Source: a virus
Lineage: Duplodnaviria > Caudoviricetes
IMG/VR virus record: IMGVR_UViG_3300023109_000024
Location: 1 to 61,316 of that record
Direction: 5' to 3' (one strand)
DNA length: 61,316 bases
Below the pieces are notes generated by a model. It searched no databases, was not told the origin of the DNA, and saw nothing but the letters and a program-made list of their open reading frames with translations. The position numbers and the translations under genes were made by a program. This document shows positions 1-8,348 of the stretch, one piece after another (positions within the stretch are counted from its first letter, which is position 1; each line of letters begins with the position of its first letter).

Positions 1-89
1 TTACGTGAAATCTGGATGTCGTTAAATAATGTTCCGAATAATGCAACATATCTACGAGTTGTTTGATGATAAAATCTATTTCCGAACAT
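1..89 (-). CDS. gp15: T4 gp15-like tail sheath stabiliser/terminator, N-terminal part only (runs off the window)
   Basis: Not in the ORF track. Manual translation from the ATG at 89 gives MFGNRFYHQTTRRYVALFGTLFNDIQISR, matching the gp15 N-terminal pattern (MFG.FY....RRY...FG.LF..I.I.R). TAATG overlap with the gp14 stop; canonical gp13-gp14-gp15 order. Confidence 0.88.
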   Translation of the reverse strand, partial: MFGNRFYHQTTRRYVALFGTLFNDIQISR

Positions 90-1078
90 TACCAGTTTGT
101 CTCCCCAAACGGATTACCTTCACTGAAATCAAGAATATTATCAGCAGTATTTTCTATTACAAAATTATCAGCGTTCTCTCCAACATCTTGTGTAACAATG
201 TCAATTGCCGTATCAATACCAGTATTTTCGTTTGTTACAACTGTTTTATATTTGTCATAAAGATTATCAACAGCTGCAATGCCTGTTGTAAACCTTTCAT
301 TGCTGTATTCAAATAATTCACATTTAAGATCATATGTTTGCAATGATCCTATTTGATAGAATATCGCTTCGTGTTCAACATGATCAATTTTAAATATTTT
401 ATTGTTTAAAGGGAAGTAAATCAAATCACCTTCAAATGGACGAATCCTCTCAACATCTTCAACGAGTCCTACTTCTTGTTCCCACGTTCTATTGGCGACA
501 GTCAATGTCATCGAATCACGAATTTGTAATCCAAATTTAGATAGGAAATCACCTTCACCTTCAAACCCATCGACATTTTTAACATACATTTCAATTTCAA
601 ACGCCGTGTTATATGCAGGAAGATCATCTTCATTTAATAAATCATCATACCCACCATCAATAAATGCGGGTTGACCCACGTTTGTGTCTACAGGTGATTG
701 GATTGTAACTGTCGGAGCAGTCACATAACCGCTACCTGCATTATCGATTGTGATGGTTGTAACCACACCACGAACAATTGTTGCAGTTCCTGTCGCCGTT
801 GTTCCGCCCTCAGGTGCATCACTAAACGTAACTGTAGGCGTTGCAAGATACCCATATCCGTGCTGATCGCTCAAAAATGTAACAGAATCAACTGCACCAT
901 TATCAATAGAACATGTCAATGCTGCTCCTTCACGAGGAGTTGCCTTTCTCGTCACTTTTGTTCTGGGTATATAAAAGCAATCTATTCCGAAGATTTTTAT
1001 CGACTCGACAACAAGGTCCTCAATAAGCGACTGCTCCATCGAGTTTTCATAGTTTTCGAAATAATAATTTTTAGCCAT
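89..1078 (-). CDS. gp14: T4 gp14-like neck protein (head completion) with ~100 aa insertion
   Basis: Motifs EQSLIEDLVVESIKIFG.D..YIPR, EIEMYVKNVDGFEGEGDFLSKFGLQIRD, RPFEGDLIYFPL, YDLKCELFEYSNE; position after gp13. Confidence 0.93.
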   Translation of the reverse strand: MAKNYYFENYENSMEQSLIEDLVVESIKIFGIDCFYIPRTKVTRKATPREGAALTCSIDNGAVDSVTFLSDQHGYGYLATPTVTFSDAPEGGTTATGTATIVRGVVTTITIDNAGSGYVTAPTVTIQSPVDTNVGQPAFIDGGYDDLLNEDDLPAYNTAFEIEMYVKNVDGFEGEGDFLSKFGLQIRDSMTLTVANRTWEQEVGLVEDVERIRPFEGDLIYFPLNNKIFKIDHVEHEAIFYQIGSLQTYDLKCELFEYSNERFTTGIAAVDNLYDKYKTVVTNENTGIDTAIDIVTQDVGENADNFVIENTADNILDFSEGNPFGETNW

Positions 1079-1082
1079 GAAG

Positions 1083-2036
1083 CTATCCTATCATGTCCAT
1101 AACGGGCAAAGAGTATGAAGTAATCATATCCTCTTCCAACCGTTGTATTTCCTCTCGAGCATCGTTTAAAATTTGTTCGCCGTTAAACTGCACATTACCA
1201 GGTAACGTCATGCCGTTAAATTTAGTAAGGTTTGAACCCCACTGATACTTGATCTTCGCTGATGCATAATTTTGTAACCATCGATCTTTATAAACATCTT
1301 GATAAACTTCAGGATCAACGATTTTGTATGCTTCAACAGCAACAAAGGTGCCTATATCTAATCGACTGTGTTTCGTATCAAGGTGCAGTTTATTCACGTT
1401 GCGGTTGTATCGAATAGGCGTCATGCCCACTAACAATTCTTCCATGAATTGAAGATTTTGCATCGACATGTAAAAATGTGTTAGATTATAGTTGACAATA
1501 TCGTGTAGGTTGTTCAGAACAAATTGATATTGAACATTGAACATGCCTGAACCAGCGGTAATGTTAGACCCCAAATCAAAAACCTTAACTGCGCCAATGA
1601 TGTTTTCGGGCATCGTAATATAACCTGCTTCATGCAATCCTTTATAAATTGAATTGATGGCAGTCGGTGTACTTTGACTTGTACTTGTTACGTCTTCACC
1701 TGACTGGAAAGGTTTATCTTCATCAATCAAAGTTTTGTAATAGATATTATTATCTTCAATTGAAATAATCTTTGCACTACCAGTGCTCGTTGCACCCGTT
1801 ATAGTATCATTAACAGCAAAACCTGTCGCATTAGCAACAGTAAGATATGATCCTTTTAATTCATGCTTGTGATAAATTCTTTCGGCACCATCGAAATGAT
1901 AATCCCAATAATAAGACAATGCCTCTTCAACACGATCATCAACTTGATCTTGGTCAACATTAATCTCAATGACTGGTTTACCTAGTTTCCTAAGGCACCA
2001 CTCTTTGAATTCTTTTTTAGTTGTTGGCTGTGCCAT
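1083..2036 (-). CDS. gp13: T4 gp13-like neck protein with ~70 aa insertion
   Basis: Motifs CLRKLGKPVIEINVD.DQVDDRVEEAL, YHFDG, KYQWGSNLTKFNGMTLPGNVQFNG, C-terminal P.MDMIG. Confidence 0.95.
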   Translation of the reverse strand: MAQPTTKKEFKEWCLRKLGKPVIEINVDQDQVDDRVEEALSYYWDYHFDGAERIYHKHELKGSYLTVANATGFAVNDTITGATSTGSAKIISIEDNNIYYKTLIDEDKPFQSGEDVTSTSQSTPTAINSIYKGLHEAGYITMPENIIGAVKVFDLGSNITAGSGMFNVQYQFVLNNLHDIVNYNLTHFYMSMQNLQFMEELLVGMTPIRYNRNVNKLHLDTKHSRLDIGTFVAVEAYKIVDPEVYQDVYKDRWLQNYASAKIKYQWGSNLTKFNGMTLPGNVQFNGEQILNDAREEIQRLEEDMITSYSLPVMDMIG

Positions 2037-2048
2037 TATTGTCTCCGA

Positions 2049-2522
2049 TTAAACTTTAATTCTTAATTCGCCTGATGATGTCTTATAAACCGCACCATCA
2101 GGTAAACTACTTGCGGCAGAATTGTTCGCATGAGTTGGAATGCCAGCAAGAATCAATGTGCCGTTAGTAAATGTGTTTCCTGTAACTTGCAATACATCTG
2201 TAGCGGTTGCGCCTGCTGTCGCAGTATTAACTGCTGATGCTCCAACAATAACTTTTCCATTGTAAGGTGCTAATCTAATTAATCCTGTATCATCAAAATC
2301 GATTCCGGGAATACCTGAAATATCAGAAGCACCAAACAATGTACCTGAAAAACTATTACTAATTGAAAATAGTTGCCCCTGTGATCCGGAAAAGTTTAAT
2401 GATCCGTCAGATTGCACGCTCATTGTTACAGGTGTGTTATTGGCGCCAGTTAAAACAATTTTTGGATTTCCACTGGTATTTGTTTTTGGCTGTATGAGTA
2501 TATTTTTATCAGAATTCGCCAT
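2049..2522 (-). CDS. Small virion fibre/adaptor-like protein
   Basis: Beta-rich 157 aa ORF with a GQLFSISNSFSGTLF..SDISGIP module recognised from aquatic phage tail proteins; preceded by a late promoter. Confidence 0.6.
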   Translation of the reverse strand: MANSDKNILIQPKTNTSGNPKIVLTGANNTPVTMSVQSDGSLNFSGSQGQLFSISNSFSGTLFGASDISGIPGIDFDDTGLIRLAPYNGKVIVGASAVNTATAGATATDVLQVTGNTFTNGTLILAGIPTHANNSAASSLPDGAVYKTSSGELRIKV

Positions 2523-2551
2523 ATTATGCTCTTAAAATTAGTTTATTTAAG

Positions 2552-2559
2552 TATTTATA
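2552..2559 (-). promoter_or_regulatory. T4-type late promoter (TATAAATA)
   Basis: Plus-strand tatttata in the intergenic gap, ~30 nt upstream of the ATG at 2522. Confidence 0.75.
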
Positions 2560-2574
2560 CATTACAATCTGTCA

Positions 2575-3450
2575 TTAAGAAGGTGTAGGAAGTTTTGAGT
2601 AAAGGTTTGCAAATGAATCTACAACCTGCGAATATGTGAGTTCACGATTCCATGTCAATATAGGTCCCATAACACCTATAAAAGACATCGCTGGCCTGTA
2701 AGCGGGAGTGCCTGTTGTCGGGTCAAGGCCAATTGTGCCTATAGCCTGTGGCACTGCATTGGAATCACCTTCATTCACTTGTTTATCTTGCTTTATACGA
2801 CTCGCATTCACATAAAAATTTGTATATGGATATAAGCCACCTTGCTTGTCCGCTGTTAATGTTAGCGCTTGCCATGCACCTGAAGAAACCTCATTCGCAC
2901 CATCACTCTGTAAAATATTTCTATAAGATACTGTTGATATACTATTAACATAATATCTCCAATCATAAGTAGATTGAAGAGTCGCAGACTGTTGCCTAGT
3001 ATAATTTCCATCTAAAAAGAATTGAGATCTTTTTAAATTAGTGGCACCCTTTTCCGACAAAATATTAATTGTATTATCATAATCAGACCCACTATACAAA
3101 TTTTCCTCGTTGTATATTAACGGCCTGTTGATATAAACCCACACTTGAATTGTGTATCCCGAATCCGCCCAAAGGTCTATGTTAAACGTGCTTGCAAGAT
3201 CTACAAAATATTGAGATCCATAATTAGTCGCTGCTGTCATTGCAGGAGTCGGAAAATCTAAATATCCGTCAGCATTAAGCATTGTTGCGTCTGATACAAC
3301 TCCATCAATATCACCCAATATCGAACCGTAATTAGTAGATGATGAAGCAGAGTTTCTGACCTTATCATTTGTTTTAGGATTTCTTGGATCCCACATATGA
3401 GATATATCGTCTAAAAATTCTGGTTCGATTGGTCCGACTTTAACACCCAT
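2575..3450 (-). CDS. LamG/concanavalin A-like jelly-roll virion protein (paralog 1)
   Basis: YTIQVWVY, WQALTLT, NFYVNA, MGPILTWNRELTYSQV are LamG_3-type motifs. Confidence 0.72.
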   Translation of the reverse strand: MGVKVGPIEPEFLDDISHMWDPRNPKTNDKVRNSASSSTNYGSILGDIDGVVSDATMLNADGYLDFPTPAMTAATNYGSQYFVDLASTFNIDLWADSGYTIQVWVYINRPLIYNEENLYSGSDYDNTINILSEKGATNLKRSQFFLDGNYTRQQSATLQSTYDWRYYVNSISTVSYRNILQSDGANEVSSGAWQALTLTADKQGGLYPYTNFYVNASRIKQDKQVNEGDSNAVPQAIGTIGLDPTTGTPAYRPAMSFIGVMGPILTWNRELTYSQVVDSFANLYSKLPTPS

Positions 3451-3459
3451 GATTGACTC

Positions 3460-4566
3460 CTAAGGTTGATACCTTGGTTTGTAAAAATTGTATGCATCCT
3501 CAAATTCTTTCTGGGATAAAATTTTATTCCATATAGCCATAGGTCCAATTCTTCCTCGGAATTGATTATGGGCAGATATGTCATCACCACGACCACCTAA
3601 AAAGTTAAAATTGCCATTTGAAAGCGACTCATACATTTTCTGATTTGAGTGTATCACCTCACCATTAGCGTACAACGCATTAAATGGTCGAGTCGATGAA
3701 ATGTCAGTATTCAACATTGATGTTAAAGTAGACCCACCTTGATATGCTTCTGCTTGCCTTCTACCTATAGTTGTTGTCCCTTGTTCGTAAATAAGACAAT
3801 GCCATTGCCCTGTAGCAAGATAATCACCCTCTGTTTCAACAGGATCACCATTATGATCAGTGCTGCTTGAAGCGGCAAGTGCCTTTCTAATCACATGTCG
3901 ATTATACAATCTTATTGAAGTAGCTTCAGTCCCGCCTGCATTTAATGTTCGACTATTGTTTGAATAATCTGTAATAAATGGTGACGAACTGGACAGCACG
4001 AATCCATTATCTTGGGCATCGCCCCAAATCAAAACATCTTCGTTCACAGTCAATGTTGGTGAAAAATACACCCAAATCATAGCTGTACCCATCCTATAGT
4101 TTTTGTATCTAGCGCTAGTCATGTTACCTGAAAAACTTAATCCTGGTGGCGTTTTACTCTCAAACGGCGATGTAAAGTCATTTTGAGGGTTACCTGGAAC
4201 ACCACTTGAAAAATTAGGCCACCCAAAATCCTGAGCCGCAAAAAACCCAGCATCAGGACCAGAACCAGCACCTTCAAAATTTATAAAATCATCTGAATGT
4301 GTTGTCGCCGCTATAAATTGTTGTGCTGAATTATCCCATCCGAACGAAAAATAATTTTCGTTTCTATTCACAATGCCATCTGTTGAATTGCCAAAAGCAA
4401 CCCCCAAAGAACTCATTCGTTGCCCGGCAATGCCGCTATCACCAAATCCATATACTACTGTTGATGAAGTAGCTCCAGCAAAAGTTTGACTGCTTGAATC
4501 GGTCTGTACGCAATTAGGATGTGCAGGATCGATTAATAATTTTAATTTATCTGTAGGAAAACTCAT
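3460..4566 (-). CDS. LamG/concanavalin A-like virion protein (paralog 2)
   Basis: TAMIWVYF, GQWHCL, FRGRIGPMAIWNKILSQKE. Start moved to the ATG at 4566 (MSFPTDKL), just after the upstream stop at 4569. Confidence 0.72.
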   Translation of the reverse strand: MSFPTDKLKLLIDPAHPNCVQTDSSSQTFAGATSSTVVYGFGDSGIAGQRMSSLGVAFGNSTDGIVNRNENYFSFGWDNSAQQFIAATTHSDDFINFEGAGSGPDAGFFAAQDFGWPNFSSGVPGNPQNDFTSPFESKTPPGLSFSGNMTSARYKNYRMGTAMIWVYFSPTLTVNEDVLIWGDAQDNGFVLSSSSPFITDYSNNSRTLNAGGTEATSIRLYNRHVIRKALAASSSTDHNGDPVETEGDYLATGQWHCLIYEQGTTTIGRRQAEAYQGGSTLTSMLNTDISSTRPFNALYANGEVIHSNQKMYESLSNGNFNFLGGRGDDISAHNQFRGRIGPMAIWNKILSQKEFEDAYNFYKPRYQP

Positions 4567-4568
4567 GA

Positions 4569-7500
4569 CTAAAACTCTGTATCTTGTGTTGTGAACCAAA
4601 ATGCATAGAATTTTACTTTATCGTCCTCATCGAAAGTTTTGTTTGGACCCCAACTGGCGACAGAATTGGCATCATTTGTGCCGTCCCAATTTGCTATACC
4701 CCAAATATCGCTTATAGATGAGGATCTGTTTCCATGAACAAACTCGCCTGGCTTCCAACCCCAAACTCCTCCATCGCCAGACATTCTATTAGTTGTATTA
4801 TTCCAGAAATATGACCCGATTGTTTTACCGCAATTGGTCGAAAATGAATATCCTTGTTGTGTATCAGTATTTGTAACATTCGGATCATCATCGACAAACT
4901 CAGTTGTTTTTTGTATATATGGATTATTGATGCTGCTAGGTTGACCATTGAGTGTATAATACCCAGATACATCATGAGTAAATCCATGGATTAAATGTAA
5001 ATCATTGATGTCCCTAGAAGTCGAAGAACTTCCCAATTCTTCGAATAGACGAAATACATCCTCTGGGCTATTTGGAGCAGGATCCGATGGGCCTAATCTG
5101 GGTTCTGCTGATCCTGCAGCATTTGTTTCTAAGACAAACATATATGTTGTACCTAGGTACCTGTCGTCTGAGAAACCAGCTAAACCTAAACAAATTCGGG
5201 GATACGCCTCCCTATCAGGACGAGTATTGAGAGAAGTATTAAACGATGATAATATTTCATATTTTAAATCAAGTTTCGGGTCATTCCAGCATCTAGGATT
5301 TACTCCTGTATAAGGAGTTGCTCCGCCAAATCCAGTACCGTTGTCTTGTGCTTTAGTCGATGACCATCCAACTGAAGTCATATTTCCGTCATATGCAGTT
5401 GTTGTGTCTCTAGGTAAATCGACAGCAACATGATCTTGATCGATGACTGCCCAACAAGAAATTGTAACATTACCATATTGCACACCTTGTAGTGCTTGTG
5501 TAACCGTACCTACAGAAGTTTCTGATGTAAAATCTTTTAACGCTTCATCAATTTGTTTTGGCGCATATGCATCCTTTTTGTAAAAGGGTAATCCTTCAAG
5601 ATGACTGTTGGGATTATCAATCGGCACCACATCAAAAGTTGATTTCGTGGTTTCATATAATTCTGCGACTTCTGTTGTGGTCAATTCGACATCTTTCCAT
5701 CCCATAAAACTTGCGACATCATAATTAGCACAATGGTCGTTAAATTTGTCCTGATTGTTATTACCTTCAGTTGTTCCTGATCTTGCTACCAAATGCTGGT
5801 CAGCACCGATACCGCTAGGACTGACCTCTGTGTATCCACTGCCTTGATGCCACGCTCTCCCTATATATCCTAATGCATTCTTGGTTTGAGTACCTTGTCC
5901 TATTATAGGTAATGTGCTAGGAATAATGTTATTAACTTCTAAATTAGCATTATTAGACTCTAGAGGAATTTCAACACCGTTGTAATAAATTGCAACTTTA
6001 TTTGATGAAACACTATATGTCACACCTATTAAATTCCAAGTATTCAGTCCTTTGTGCAAAAGATCAGGTATTTGTTCGGTTGTCGCTATGCACAAATCCG
6101 CAGAGGGTGTTTCGTCATAATCTACCGGGAGATCAATCGATCTAACTTTCATTCGGATTCTTCCCCACCCTGCTCTTCCTATAGTATCGTCTACTTCGTT
6201 TTCATTTCCTACTATCTCGAGACAAAAATGTCCGAAATCAAATAAAGGTTGTTCGGCTGCAAGTTGATAAGTAGTGTTATGCATCCCAGGAAAATGTCCG
6301 TTACCTCTTACCCATACGAAACCCGAGAATTTAGATGCGCTTTCGCCGCTTTTTCCAAACCCGAACTCGTCAGTAACAGCGCCAAATGCACGATTTTCAT
6401 CGAATTGATAGATTGCTGCATTTCCATTAGCAATAACGCCTCTACATTGCATATATCCGGGTTGAGTTATTAAAGGTTCATATTTAACAGGAGGAAATTC
6501 TGATGTTTTTTTGTATGCGCCATCAGTAGTATTTGAAGCAGTTTTCAATTCACAAATTACAACATCATATAGACAATTTTTACGCACCCTTTTATAGCCT
6601 GAATATTGCCTAACATCGGACGGCCATGAATCTGCATATCCGTTAGCAGTATTACCTTGATTTGTCATATACGCATATTCTGCCAGGAAAGTGTGCGAAT
6701 TACTACCATTGGAGCTTGTGCTGGTTCCCTTTTTTCTTTGCCATATCGGAATGAGCCAACAAGTTCCATCAGGCCTGCCTTCAAGGACTGATTGAGTCCA
6801 CCCACCTTGGTCGCCGCCTTCAGGTGGGGTATTAGTTGTTTGATACCACCCTAACAACTGCCCAGTTTTTGTATAGACATATACTTCGTATTCCTTATCA
6901 TACTCTTTTTTCCACAACCTTCCGTTGCTTATGCGGCAATGATAAAGTTCGGCATCGCTTTTCTGGGCGCCAAGTGCTGTATCATCATGTAAGTAAAATT
7001 CGTTTTCATTAGTAACATCTTTCGCACTTACCGAATTGGTTATGCCAAACATAGTAAATACCATGTCTCTAAAAATTATATAATCACTAGGTGAGTCAGA
7101 TTTTTCGTCAGCAATTAAAGGGGTGTATGCTTTCCTGAACTCGTCTATTTTATATTTTGGTTTCGGAAAAGTAGTATTACTTTTTGCGGGTCTTATGGCG
7201 TGCCATGTTGTGCCGACTCCCGTGTTAGTAGTGTTTACAGCAGTATCTCCTGCAGTTGCATCATGATCAATATACAAACTATTCTTATATAAGTTAGGCA
7301 TGGGATTATATGCAACCACAGGACCTATTTCAAATTCGCCATAATCTTCAAGGTCTGTAGAAGCCGGCCCATCATGATGAACACTTCTACCTTTTACAGA
7401 AACAATATCACCTATTTTTAAAGCACAATCTGATTCAACTCCGTGCTGTCTAATACCGTTGCTTTCAACAATTTGATCCCCTACAACAACACGCCATTTT

Positions 7501-8348
7501 AATTGTGATAAACCTGGACCTTGTTGATTCGAATCAGAAGTATCAAAAGTCGAATTTGTACGATAAATTGCAGCATACATTGGTTGCGCAGGTCGACCAT
7601 TTATCAACCCGAAATGATCTGCAATTTCATATTGTGCATTATATCCTCTTTTAGTCGACTGAGCAGAAGTAGGAACATTCTCTCCACCATTATAGTTTGC
7701 CCAATACCTAGGTTGGATCCAAGTCTCATAAACTGAGGGCGAATAATCAAAATGGGTGCCACCCTGGTAAATACCCTCATTAAAACCAGTATAATTATTC
7801 ATTTGCCCAAGGGTTGTGTTATACCCACCGGTGCTGCTAGGTGTTTGATCAGGAAATTCAGCGGCACCTATAGCTTGGTATGACCCATCTAAAAAATTTG
7901 ACCTAACTGCTCCGGTGTCATTATCAATATTATAGTCACCCCATCGCTCAAAATACCAGTCACCTTCTATTGGACCCATATTCTTATTGGTTCGCCATGC
8001 TCTGTCGCCACCGTGGTTAAGCCAATACAGGTCAGGAGCTGACAGTGCTAAACAATCATAATTATTGCCGCTAAGGTCCTTATAACTTGTGCCGCATCTA
8101 AGACCCATTGCCCTGATTTCGGCGCTAGAAGTACCACTAGCGACATAAGCGGCATGCCAAGCAGGATCAATAAATGCGTTTAGTTCATTTTGAATTTCCA
8201 AGGCTGAGGTGCCATCTATGACCTCATGAAAATAAGGTGTGGATAATTTATCGATAATATCTGACCCATTGCATTTTGGATTAGACATATCGTAATATAT
8301 TGTTAGATCATCAAATCTAGGTATAGTACCCTTATGCTTTATACCCAT
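4569..8348 (-). CDS. Large LamG-domain virion protein (paralog 3)
   Basis: N-terminal DDLTIYYDMSNPKC motif shared with its neighbours; LamG core FSGFVWV...NTWNLIGVTY...IYYNG...ELTTTEVAELY. Confidence 0.65.
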   Translation of the reverse strand: MGIKHKGTIPRFDDLTIYYDMSNPKCNGSDIIDKLSTPYFHEVIDGTSALEIQNELNAFIDPAWHAAYVASGTSSAEIRAMGLRCGTSYKDLSGNNYDCLALSAPDLYWLNHGGDRAWRTNKNMGPIEGDWYFERWGDYNIDNDTGAVRSNFLDGSYQAIGAAEFPDQTPSSTGGYNTTLGQMNNYTGFNEGIYQGGTHFDYSPSVYETWIQPRYWANYNGGENVPTSAQSTKRGYNAQYEIADHFGLINGRPAQPMYAAIYRTNSTFDTSDSNQQGPGLSQLKWRVVVGDQIVESNGIRQHGVESDCALKIGDIVSVKGRSVHHDGPASTDLEDYGEFEIGPVVAYNPMPNLYKNSLYIDHDATAGDTAVNTTNTGVGTTWHAIRPAKSNTTFPKPKYKIDEFRKAYTPLIADEKSDSPSDYIIFRDMVFTMFGITNSVSAKDVTNENEFYLHDDTALGAQKSDAELYHCRISNGRLWKKEYDKEYEVYVYTKTGQLLGWYQTTNTPPEGGDQGGWTQSVLEGRPDGTCWLIPIWQRKKGTSTSSNGSNSHTFLAEYAYMTNQGNTANGYADSWPSDVRQYSGYKRVRKNCLYDVVICELKTASNTTDGAYKKTSEFPPVKYEPLITQPGYMQCRGVIANGNAAIYQFDENRAFGAVTDEFGFGKSGESASKFSGFVWVRGNGHFPGMHNTTYQLAAEQPLFDFGHFCLEIVGNENEVDDTIGRAGWGRIRMKVRSIDLPVDYDETPSADLCIATTEQIPDLLHKGLNTWNLIGVTYSVSSNKVAIYYNGVEIPLESNNANLEVNNIIPSTLPIIGQGTQTKNALGYIGRAWHQGSGYTEVSPSGIGADQHLVARSGTTEGNNNQDKFNDHCANYDVASFMGWKDVELTTTEVAELYETTKSTFDVVPIDNPNSHLEGLPFYKKDAYAPKQIDEALKDFTSETSVGTVTQALQGVQYGNVTISCWAVIDQDHVAVDLPRDTTTAYDGNMTSVGWSSTKAQDNGTGFGGATPYTGVNPRCWNDPKLDLKYEILSSFNTSLNTRPDREAYPRICLGLAGFSDDRYLGTTYMFVLETNAAGSAEPRLGPSDPAPNSPEDVFRLFEELGSSSTSRDINDLHLIHGFTHDVSGYYTLNGQPSSINNPYIQKTTEFVDDDPNVTNTDTQQGYSFSTNCGKTIGSYFWNNTTNRMSGDGGVWGWKPGEFVHGNRSSSISDIWGIANWDGTNDANSVASWGPNKTFDEDDKVKFYAFWFTTQDTEF

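Noticed and set aside
648-1855. Insertions in gp13 and gp14 as inteins or introns
   Set aside because: They are in frame and short, with no C/S...HN splice motifs or homing endonuclease signature; they resemble structural modules found elsewhere in the window.
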